Source of the DNA: Octopus sinensis
Lineage: Eukaryota
Direction: 5' to 3'
Assembly: GCF_006345805.1 (NCBI RefSeq)
Contig: NC_042999.1
Location: 35,836,001-35,900,000 of the forward strand
Length of the DNA stretch: 64,000 bases
The translations under genes and the position numbers were made by a program. This document shows, one piece after another, positions 53,120 through 64,000 of the stretch (the first letter of the stretch is position 1; each line of letters opens with the position of its first letter). The notes under the pieces were generated by a model that saw only the letters and a list, made by a program, of their open reading frames with translations, was not told where the DNA came from and made no database searches.

Positions 53120-53336
53120 ACTCTCTTTACTCTTTTACTTGTTTCAGTCATTTGACTGCGGCCATACTGGAGCACCGCCTTTAGTCGAGCAAATCGACCC
53201 CGGGACTTATTCTTTGTAAGCCCAGTACTTATTCTATCGGTCTCTTTTGCCGAACCGCTAAGTGACGGGGACGCAAACACACCAGCGTCGGTTGTCAAGC
53301 AATGCTAGGGGGACAAACACAAACACACAAACATAT

Positions 53337-53379
<43 letters not shown>

Positions 53380-53541
53380 TACGACAGGCTTCTTTCAATT
53401 TCCGTCTACCAAATCCACTCACAATGCATTGGTCGGCCCGGGGCTATAGCAGAAGACACTTGCCCAAGATGCCACGCAGTGGGACTGAACCCGGAACCAT
53501 GTGGTTGGTTAGCAAGCTACTTACCACACAGCCACTCCTGC
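53120..53541 (-). mobile_element. SINE family B
   Basis: Full-length homolog. Confidence 0.9.
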
Positions 53542-54624
53542 GACTATTGAAAAGTGTGCAAGACGCAACGAAAATTTTAGGAAAATAAAAAACCGAATAA
53601 GTGGATATTTTACTGGTGAGTGTGTTAAATTATAAGGCACAAACAGAAAATGACTCTCCCGAGACACAACAGAATATACTTCAACACACGAACTCACATA
53701 AAGAATCTTGCAAACCAAATCCTAAAACGAAATATATTAATAGGATTTAACAGAATGTCTGCATCGAGAAGAATCTTTTGGTGAAAACCTTGTTAAAATG
53801 TATTGGCTAGGAAAAAAAGGTTGTGTTGCTTTATATGACGAAAAAAATGGTAATTAACCCCACTATCACCATCACCAAATTGACTTGGCATTAAAATATC
53901 TCAGCTATTGTAAAAGAAAACTATACAGTAGTTGTATTCAAATGAAAGAGCGCTACGATATGAATCTTATGGTGGAAACCCTGTCAAAAAATATTTGCTA
54001 CGAAAATGTGGTGTGGCTTTAAGTGATGAAAAAAAAGGCGATTATTTTTAGGAATGAAAATATTTTTGTCATTTTAAGCATTATAAAAGACGCTTTCTTA
54101 AAATGTTTTCGGGGTCGCTTAGCTTAATGGTACAGAACGCTCGGCCGAAATTTGGGAGGTATAGGTTTCGATTCTCTCTAGAGGCTTGCTAGTCAGTTCT
54201 TTTCGTCTTCTTAGGGCATGCAGCTTATAATCTTCTAAACTGTTTTCACTGCTAGCTCTCACTGCGCACGCAACCGCGTGCTGCCACCTATTGGCACGCT
54301 ACAGAACTAGTCCGACAAATTTTTGATACCATCTCGAATTATGTGTTCGAAATTTCCTTTATTTTCTATATAATACCAACTCATTCGGCGTTTCAAAGTT
54401 CTTTTTTATATTTTTTGTGAATATATATATATACCTTAACAGTCAGTACAAGCACTTTGTGAATAAATGTTGCTGTTAGTGAACATTTTTATCGCCGATT
54501 ATAAGCTACAATGAATAAAGCGTTTTTGACAAAGTTTTAGCAACATCGCACATTTTTGGAGAATAGAATATCGAAGATGGTCCCCACATGCTCATATGAA
54601 ATTTTGTGTGGATAAAGCACCTCA

Positions 54625-54812
54625 TGTCCGGTAATTTCACCGCAGAGCAAGCTCACCGTCATCAATGCACCGTTTAAAATTTTTTTCTTTCTTTCAATAA
54701 AACAATTTTTAACTATTAATGGTGGTATACTATGGATATATTTTCTCGGTAAACTCTCCTCGCGGTGAACCTTCCACACGGTAAATTGATGGCGGTGAAC
54801 TTACCTGTAATC
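54625..54812. mobile_element. Possible MITE with inverted GGTAA.TTCACCGC subterminal repeats
   Basis: GGTAATTTCACCGC on the left and GCGGTGAACTTACC on the right, with several internal TCACCG/CGGTGA units. Confidence 0.4.
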
Positions 54813-55093
54813 AAAGACCATATTTATGACAAAGATTCTCCAGAGAAAAATTCAAGAATTTTATGGAACAATAATATTACTTGCAGATTGCCATGTTCCG
54901 GATCTAGCCCCACTCTTTACAATTTTGTTTGTCGTTACAAATGCGTTCATGCCGCAAAACTTGCTAGAGAATTTATGGAAAAGGAAAAGATGTGGTTTAA
55001 AGTGTCGATTTAGTTTTCCTAACATTGAATCAAGATTCAATTTGACCACGGTAGCTCATCGCTGATGCCTATAGGTATGTTAAATTAACATAC

Positions 55094-55343
55094 ACTCACA
55101 CATACATACTTATAGGCGCAGGTACGGCTGTTTGGTTAAGAAGTTCGTTTTGCAACCATGGGTTTTGAATTTAGTCCCACCCCGTGCCATCTTGGGCAAA
55201 AGTCTTCTATTATAGTCCCAGACCGATGTATACCTTCTAAGTGACTTTAGTAGACGGAAACTGTGGAAATCCATCGTATATACACACATATATATACATA
55301 CATAATATATACATATACATATATACATACATACATACATACA

Positions 55344-55374
<31 letters not shown>

Positions 55375-55390
55375 TACACACATACATACA

Positions 55391-55469
<79 letters not shown>

Positions 55470-55740
55470 ATGTATATATATACATATATGTGTGTGTGTG
55501 TGTATGTGTTATCTATGTGCCTGAGTTTGTCCCATATCCAATCGCTTGGCAACCGGTGCTGACTTGTTTACGTCCCCTTAACATAGCACTTGAGCAAAAG
55601 TCTTCGAAAAAATAAGTACCAAACTGAAAAAAAATAATAAGTACCGGGGTCGATGTGTTCGTCTAAAACCTCTCAAGGCGGTGCCCCAGCATGGCCGCAC
55701 CCCAATGATTGAAACAAACAAAAAATGAAAAGATGAAAGA
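55094..55740 (+). mobile_element. Diverged SINE B with expanded internal (CATA)/(TA)n
   Basis: Head, core and tail recognisable around a ~240-bp microsatellite. Confidence 0.75.
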
Positions 55741-56078
55741 GGCTTGGTATGAATATGGATAACAAATCGACAGGAAGCGTACAGCTGAATATCCATGTAT
55801 TGAGGGTGGTTGCTCTCTTATTTCTAGTAAGTCGTGTGACTACATACATACAAACCGCTTATATCAAAACATGGTGTGTTGTAGTATTGGGTTACACAAA
55901 GTAACTCAATAGATCTTGATCTAAACTTCAAAGTCCCTGTTTTTAAGATGGCAGTGTATAAATAGAGGGTAATTTCTCTGCTATTTCTATCAAGGCAACC
56001 GATTCCCTGTTTTAATCAAAACAAACTCTCTTTTTTTTTTCATGAAAATGGGGCCTTATGCACGCACGCACACACACA

Positions 56079-56152
<74 letters not shown>

Positions 56153-57651
56153 CACACACGCACACACACACGCACGCACGCACGTACGCAAGTAAGCCGC
56201 AAAATATATCTCAATAGATCTCAACCTGTATCTAAAGATCTTGTTTCATTAGTAGGTTTTTTCACCATCTTTGCTGTCACACACATTAAATTGACATATT
56301 GATATTACAATAATAAACTTACGAAATAGCAGACGACAACTGGGTTCTACTCACAACATTTTTATTGTTCCCTTTCAAATATCCATAGGGGTCTTTAGAG
56401 ATCCTCAATCTTTCTATTCTATTTGGCTTTTCTTCTCTTCAAAATCCCATTAGGTTGTCATTGAGCTGACACATTGGACTGCAATAGAAGATTGGACAGC
56501 TGACTGTGGCCGTTGTTTGTGTGGTCGGTCGGTCGGTCGGTCGGTTGGTTGCTTAATTGCTTGGTCTTGCACTTCTCTTTCTCTCTCTCTCTCTTTCTCT
56601 CTCTCTCCCACTCTTTATTTTTTCTTTACTTTTTTTGATACATGGGTATAAAATAGGTAGGAGTGAATGGAATAAATTGTACACTGCTTATAAACACACA
56701 TACACACACACACATACACATACAACATACACTCAGAGAAAAAGGAATTATTTTTTAGAGAAATGCTCTTTATATTGGGGAGTTTTAATTTAATTTCCCT
56801 TCTTGTTATTGTATACAAATAGATCGAGAACTCGACGAAAGCTCCCTCCTCTAAATAGCGGCTCAACCTGTTCGACAAAATAGCAGCAAAATCCCTCCCA
56901 AATCACATCAACCCGTATTTTTGTTTTTCTATTTTTACAGTGGAAGGACGTATCGGTTAATGTAGATCCTAATAGATTATGTTTGATCATTTGTCTGCTC
57001 TGTCGGGACTGGCTGAGTAATAAACACCAAGAATGAAAATGGCACACAACAACAACTGCTACAACAAAAACAATAATGACAGCAGCAGCGGCAGCAGTAG
57101 CCGCAGTGGTAGCACAACAACGACAATAAGTCTTACATAGAGAAAAGAATAGCCATGAGGTGTTTAGTCAATCCTTTCAGATGACACGACTGTTGTGATT
57201 GATTTTCGGTTTGAGTTTCTGAATCGATATACGTAAATTTAGGAATCCATGTTACCAAAAGTTCAACGCAGGAATTCCTCTTTTCCACCAATCCAAAGCC
57301 CTGGGCGATTTAACCTTTAAATACACCATAATTCAAGTACTGGCGGTTACTTATAAATGATTCTACATTGCTGAGAAGAAACCTTTATATTAGAGGACAG
57401 AACGGGCGGTGGTTTGGTTGAATTAGTAGAATGTCACTATTACTTCCGGCTCTTTACGCCTTGAGTTCAAATTCTAGCATGATTGATTTTGCCTTTCATC
57501 CCCTTGGAGCCAATAAGATAAAATACAATGAACTGGGATCGATGTACTCGGCTAGTCTCTCAATTAAAAATCATTGGCTTTATCCCTAAATTAGAAATGA
57601 TATGTTTAGTAGTAGTCTTTCGAGTTTGAGAAAGACAGTTCTGCAATTTCT

Positions 57652-57885
57652 AATTTCTTTATTGCCCACAAGGGGCTAAACATAGAAGGGACAAACAAGG
57701 ACAGACAAACGGATTAAGTCGATTACATCGACCTCAGTGCGTAACTGGTACTTAATTTATCGACCCCGAAAGGATGAAAGGCAAAGTCAACCTCGGCAGA
57801 ATTTGAACTCAAGAACGTAACGGCAGACGAAATACCGCTAAGCATTTCGCCCGGCGTGCTAACGTTTCTGCCAGCTCGCCGCCAA
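57652..57885 (-). mobile_element. SINE A (tail 2) with 13-bp TSD
   Basis: TSD TTCTGCAATTTCT at 57639-51 and 57886-98. Confidence 0.9.
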
Positions 57886-59865
57886 TTCTGCAATTTCTTG
57901 CTGAACAACCTGGAACAATGATTTTATATTGCATATAAAATCACTCCTTCCATCAAATCAACATTGCCTGTGCAGGTGCACAGTGTGCCCCTCGTCAGAT
58001 GTTGAAGTGATCTCAGAGCAACGTGAGATGAACTGTTTTACTCGCCTAACAACAGCTCCGTCCAGGAATCGAACTCACGAACAAGAGATCGTGAGTGCAA
58101 CACCCTAACCACTAGGCTACGCACCCTCACGGTAAAAACAATATAAGAGAGCAGGGGGAAAATGACCGCATTTGTAGAAAAAGTTTGCTCCATAATAACT
58201 ATATAACAATATTTAACTTCATTTTTCTTCGTTCAATGAGTTCAAATCTGTGTGGTCCATCTTCACCTTCCTAAGATCTATGAAATGGTGAAAGTCAAGT
58301 TGTGACTGAGTAAGACCACTTCATAAACTCAGAGGTAGAAGCAAATGTTCAAGAGTCTAAGAAACTCTTGTGCTTGAGTTTGTTTGAATGGATATTGTTG
58401 TACAGCACTGAACCTACTTTTCAGCTATGAAACCAGTGGCAGAACAGAGGTTGAGGCAATCAGAAACCAGATACACTTCAGGTTTACCTTTTCCTAGAAG
58501 AAAGTTCTAACAAGAACTAGGAGTCCTTCACCCTCGATGGTTCATATGCTAGTTACCACATAGCTGGAACCCTAACAGGCGCTAGGGAAAATGGTGGTTA
58601 AGAGGTAGTTCCACACTCCTCAAAATGCTGGAACTCCCGTAGCAAAGACTCACTAAGGATGCAATTTAAAATCATACCCAGGAGAACATACCCAGTATTT
58701 TACGTAAAAAAATAGTCCTTTATCAAAGTCAATCCGTTGCGATATCTGTTCAGACTCTCTGTTTTATGCATTCAAATTCTGCTGAGATCAACTTCGTTTT
58801 TCATACTGTCGATGGCTTTGAATAAAGCACAAATTCAGTGCTGGTATACCCTTCTCTTCTTCTAGCTCTATAACATCCTGATTGTTCCACTAGATCACGG
58901 CTACTTAGGGCGACCAGAGAATGTATCTACTTGCAACTATATGGGCACCTAAAACTGTTAGCAAAAGCAAGGTAATACTCGACTGCAAGCGATATCTATT
59001 GTTTAAATACTCTGAAGACGATTTAATTTGCATAGGAGCAAATATAAAGTACCGCTCCCATGTAAGAGATTTCATGACAGAATTACACAATTATATAATA
59101 CATACACTCAGTTATTGTTATAGAAGTGAAGTGTGATTTATACTTTAGTGTCTATATTCAAACAAGGTTGTTAAATAATGGGGACGTGTGGCATTGCTTG
59201 ACTGTTTCATGGAGATAAGAAGTAACTGCATGTACAGGATATGTGTAAATGTTGATTATGTGTGAAAGAAAATATCTTCTGCACTGCTACGTCCTGTATA
59301 GTGAAAAGTAACAATTAGGAAGTCATTAATAAGAGGAATAAAGAATGTGGGAGGCAGAACAAAACCCTGAGATACAACAGGGTTGATAGAATATTGGTAT
59401 AGGTGAGCATAGTGAGCGTACGTTCGTGCGTACGCCACGGTGGTGTAGGCTGGTAAGAGACATCTAATCCAATAAATCAGAATTAAGTTTATGTTGTTTA
59501 GCGCAAGATCTTTGAGCTAGACTTTAATTATAAACGTTCCATGCAAGATCATTCACTCATTATTAAGGGTGTCAAAGGCTACATTATCCAACATGTCCTT
59601 TTCTTAGGACGGTAGGGAGTGAATTGAGGGAGAATCGGTAGTATTTATCTCGGGTTGAACAATCACGTAGAAGCTTTGGAGTTCTGAGTGAGCAAATTTG
59701 CTAGGAAGTTCTAGTGACAGAAACTGTTGAAGGATAAAATATGTAAAATATCTCTATAAACCATTGCCAATACACATACATACATACATACATACATACA
59801 TACATACATACATACATACATACATACATACATACATACATACATACATACATACATACATGTAT

Positions 59866-60510
59866 AAGGTGGTGAGCCGTCAGAATCGTTAGTATGCCGG
59901 GCAAAATGCTTAGCGGCATTTCGTCTGTCTTTACGTTCTGAGTTCAAATTCCATCGAGGTCAACTTTCCCTTTCATCCTTCCGGGATACTCTTTACTCTC
60001 TTTTTTACTCTTTTACTTGTTTCAGTCATTTGCCTGCGGCCATGCTGGAGCACCGCCTTTAATCGAGCAACTCGACCCCGGGACTTATTCTTTTTGTAAG
60101 TCCAGTACTTATTCTATCGGTCTCTCTTTACCGAACCGCTAAGTAACGGGGACATAAACACACCAGCATCGGTTGTCAAGCAATGCTAGGGGGACAAACA
60201 CAGACGCATAAACACACACGCGTATACATATATACATATATACGACGGGATTCTTTCAGTTTCCGTCTACCAAATCCACTCACAAGGCTTTGGTCGACCC
60301 GAGGCTATAGCAGAAGACACTTGCCCAAGGTGCCACGCAGTGGGACTGAACCTGGAACCATGTGGTTGGTTAGCAAGCTACTTACCACACAGCCACTCCT
60401 GCGCCTATGGATAAAATGGATAAAATAAGTACCAGTTGAGCACTGGATTCGATGTAACTGACATACTCCTCCACCCCAAAATCTGCCCTTGTGCCAAAAT
60501 TTGAAAACGA
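59866..60510. mobile_element. SINE A (+) interrupted by a full SINE B (-, about 59987-60407)
   Basis: A sequence stops at CATCCTTCCGGGATA and resumes at GGATAAAATAAGTACCAG after the B copy. Confidence 0.85.
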
Positions 60511-60544
60511 TTTATATATATATATATATATTTTAAACCATTTG

Positions 60545-60985
60545 CTCATTACAAGGTCCTTAGACCACTGAAAACGTAAGAGCTACTAGAATAAAATGGA
60601 CGCTAAACAGAAGACAATAGGTGACGATGCACATTAGACTTAAAAAAGAATGGAGCTCATATTGAAGAGGAAAACAAGACTGTGGAAGGAAATTCCAAAG
60701 TTTAGAGGTGCGCGGGATGAAACTGGTACCGTAAAGTGCTTTACGACACATAGGAAGTTGCACAGTATACTGATGAGAACTGGATGCAAGTCTAGTTGGT
60801 CGCTGATAAGTTCTTAAAGGAGGAACAAGAGAAAAGAGCTCGGCTGAACAATGTCCATGAAAATACTTATAGAAAGAGACAAGGAAGCCATACTCCAACG
60901 ATAAGAGAGTGAATCCAATTTAGAGGACAGATCAGGACCAATAGCATTACAAATACGACGTTGAACGCAGTCCAACAGAGTTAAA
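60545..60985 (-). pseudogene. L2/CR1-group LINE ORF2 3' fragment
   Basis: LLDCVQRRICNAIGPDLSSKLDSLSYRWSMASLS/FYKYFHGHCSAELFSLVPP...RPTR..SSHQYTVQLP..R...YGTSFIPRTSKLWNFLPQSCFP. Confidence 0.85.
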
Positions 60986-61270
60986 CAATCTACAGGAGCA
61001 CCTGCCTATATGTGACAACAATACTTAATGTATACACCCCACCACACACACACAGACACAATACAAATACAATGAAAAATGCTGCTTTACTGCTAAGATC
61101 CATATTACGATATCAAGTATGATCTCACTACAATATGAGTAAATTAGATATACCCGAAGCAGATCTGCAGAAGACTGGGCATGCTATTGATGAATTCGCG
61201 AATGGTGACGAAAGTTCTTGACAAGACTAGGTGTTTGATTCGATCGATCAATCGATTAGTTGACTGGTTA

Positions 61271-61637
61271 GTGGTTAGGGCAGCGGACTCGCGGTCGTGG
61301 GATCGCGGTTTCGATTCCCAGACCGGGCGTTGTGAGTGTTTATTGAGCGAAAACACCTAAAGCTCCACGAGGCTCCGGCAGGAGATGGTGGTGATCCCTG
61401 CTGTACTCTTTCACCACAACTTTCTCTCACTCTTACTCCTGTTTCTGTTGTACCTGTATTTCAAAGAGCCGGTCTTGTCACTCTCTGTGTCACGCTGAAT
61501 ATCCCCGAGAACTACGTTAAGGGTACACGTGTCTGTGGAGTGCTCAGCCACTTACACGTTAATTTCACGAGCAGGCTGTTCCGTTGATCGGATCAACCGG
61601 AACCCTCGTCGTCGTAACCGACGGAGTGCTTCCATCC
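61271..61637 (+). mobile_element. tRNA-derived SINE, head H2 + tail T1, with 13-bp TSD
   Basis: TSD AGTTGACTGGTTA at 61258-70 and 61638-50. Confidence 0.9.
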
Positions 61638-62099
61638 AGTTGACTGGTTAAATGCTAAATAATTATTTAATAATGATAAAAGTATTGAAATACAATGAGG
61701 GCCTGTGTTTATTATTGGTATAATAACCCACCCACCCCCAAAATACTAGAAAAAAAAAACAATTTCAACAACCATAATTTAACCTTGCTTCAAGTGGTGT
61801 TACGGTAAATACGTTGAAATACCGAAGAGAAGGATTTCATCACATGAAAATGTATCCCTCAGTGAACGAGCCATTATACTTGTGTAAATTTATACATTTT
61901 TATTACATACAAGTCAGTACACATCCTGGGAAAACAAACAGTTGAATTTCCGATCTCTAATAACTATATTGGAATTAGTTCCAAATTAAACTTCCGACCA
62001 TTCAATAGTTAAAAGTAAGGACGGAAACGTCTTTATGATTTGTCAGCAAATATTAAACATTTACTAATCCATTAACATTTAAAATCTGAACGTCTTATA

Positions 62100-62101
62100 T
62101 G

Positions 62102-62200
<99 letters not shown>

Positions 62201-62223
62201 GTCTGTCTGTCTGTCTGTCTGTA

Positions 62224-62276
<53 letters not shown>

Positions 62277-62293
62277 ATCTATCTATCTGTCTG

Positions 62294-62388
<95 letters not shown>

Positions 62389-62407
62389 GTCTGTCTGTCT
62401 GTGTGCG

Positions 62408-62439
<32 letters not shown>

Positions 62440-62690
62440 GTATGCATGTATTCATGTATGTATGTTTGTATGTGTGAATACATGTGTGTGTTTATGCATA
62501 TATATGTATATATATGAAGAAAAGAAGAAGAAGAAGAAGAAGAAGAAAGAAGAAGAACGAAGAAGAAGAAGAAGAAGAAGAAGAAGAAGAAGAAGAAGAA
62601 GAAGAGAAGAAGAAGAAGAAGAAGAAGAAGAAGAAGAAGAAGAAGAAGAAGAAGAAGAAGAGAAGAAGAAGAAAGAAGAGGAGGAGGAAA
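62100..62690. repeat. (TCTA)n/(TCTG)n and (GAA)n microsatellites
   Basis: Read directly. Confidence 0.95.
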
Positions 62691-63048
62691 ATTAAATTAC
62701 GGAAATGAAAACATAAATAATAGATGAGAAAAAACGCCAAATGAGCTGTGAAAAACAGTTGAAGGAAATATATGATTTGCGTTCGATCCCACTTCGTAGT
62801 TTATTACGCAAGAGATTTTACCATAACACTGGGTTTTACCATAACACTGAGATTTTACCATAATCCTATGCCGTGTGTGTGAGGAGGTATACAGGTGGCC
62901 TGCAGCTGTAATTTAAAGGTACAGCTGTGTCACACCCTATGTCACGCTGGTTCTACATGATAATTACATTAAGAGCACAAGAGTCTGGTGAACAGTTAGC
63001 ATCTGACATGAATCATATCTATAAAAGGGAGGATGTGTGTGCGTGTGT

Positions 63049-63083
<35 letters not shown>

Positions 63084-63390
63084 TGATTGTAATTTATGCA
63101 CATCCACAAATTAGCACGCATGTCGCTCAAATTTTAGGAGGACATTTGTCAACATCCTTTCTGGGTTTTGTCAACTTATTTTTTTTCGAGGCACCCGCGG
63201 ATAGGGTAAAAATCTATTTTCAACCATAGCTTTAAACCATAACAAATATCAGCCATTGCTTTTTGATGGCGCCTAACAAAAGAAAATAAGATAAAGAAAA
63301 CTGGAAGAAGGAGGCAGAGAGTTTCACGGGAAAGACAAAGTGAGAGAATCCAGAAGTCTAGAACTCTGGATATATTTTTTTTAAAGAAAT

Positions 63391-63713
63391 CCAGATCTCA
63401 CTCCATGTGAATTTTATCTGTAGGGTTACACAAAATAGGAGGTGTTCTAGACAAAGCCTCGTACACTGGGGGACTTGGAGACTCGGATTCAGGAGGTTCT
63501 CAATGATATCCTAGACGACGTCCTTCAGAAGGTTGTTCATTCCATCCCTGGCCGTTTGAGGAAACTGATTGACGCCACCGGTGCTTACGTTGAAATATGA
63601 AGATTTACTTTCACTTTTTGCATGTAATAAAGAACATGTATCATTTGTTTCAATAAACTTGTGAAAGGAATTTTATTACCAATTTTTAATGCCTACTTAC
63701 TTTTTACCCATCC

Positions 63714-63716
<3 letters not shown>
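63391..63716 (+). mobile_element. 3' fragment of an IS630-Tc1-mariner element (DDxD-like, maT/rosa-type C-terminus) with probable right TIR
   Basis: PDLTPCEFYL*GYTK*EVF*TKPRTLGDLETRIQEVLNDI...IPGRLRKLIDATGAYVEI* (stop at 63598-600); ends TTACTTTTTACCCATCCTG next to (TA)n. Confidence 0.75.
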
Positions 63717-63791
<75 letters not shown>

Positions 63792-64000
63792 GACAGCCGT
63801 GTGCAATGTTTTACCAAAAAGAAAAACTATAAATGTCACTAAATATGACTAGGGTGTTAGAACACCTACATTCAGTACATATGTGTACAATTACCTACTT
63901 TAACTACATTATCAGACCTTTTTAGCTCTTATTTCTAGCAATGTAGGTGTTCTAACACCTTTAGTATATAAAGGGTGCATAAGATATTTGAAGACAGATT

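Noticed and set aside
54111-54186. tRNA-like sequence with A and B boxes
   Set aside because: Acceptor and anticodon stems pair poorly; probably a decayed SINE head or tRNA pseudogene.

Overview
A 64 kb, AT-rich, extremely repeat-dense eukaryotic window. The repeat content (tRNA-derived SINE families, huge TATG/TA/AAT/CA microsatellites, Tc1/mariner, Dong/R4, CR1/L2, Penelope and Helitron relics) looks like a coleoid cephalopod, probably Octopus; this is inference from recalled repeat families, not a database hit. I could not recognise any intact protein-coding gene. Most ORFs in the track are reading frames of simple repeats or decayed transposons, and a few small minus-strand candidate exons suggest this may be intronic sequence. 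The best lead is a ~600 bp head-to-head palindrome (9281-9882) made of two tRNA-headed (Pol III A/B-box) elements. Each carries a minimal Penelope-type hammerhead ribozyme core, giving a SINE/retrozyme-like hybrid, and further hammerhead relics lie elsewhere in the window. Other notable items are a mariner fold-back built from two left ends, a near-complete Tc1 with a probable DD36E triad, a nested Helitron carrying a 155-bp satellite, SINEs showing all four head x tail combinations, a covarying hairpin shared by two SINE families, and Dong-type LINE ends sitting in (AAT)n tracts. Coordinates were read by eye; repeat boundaries are approximate unless a TSD or TIR is quoted.
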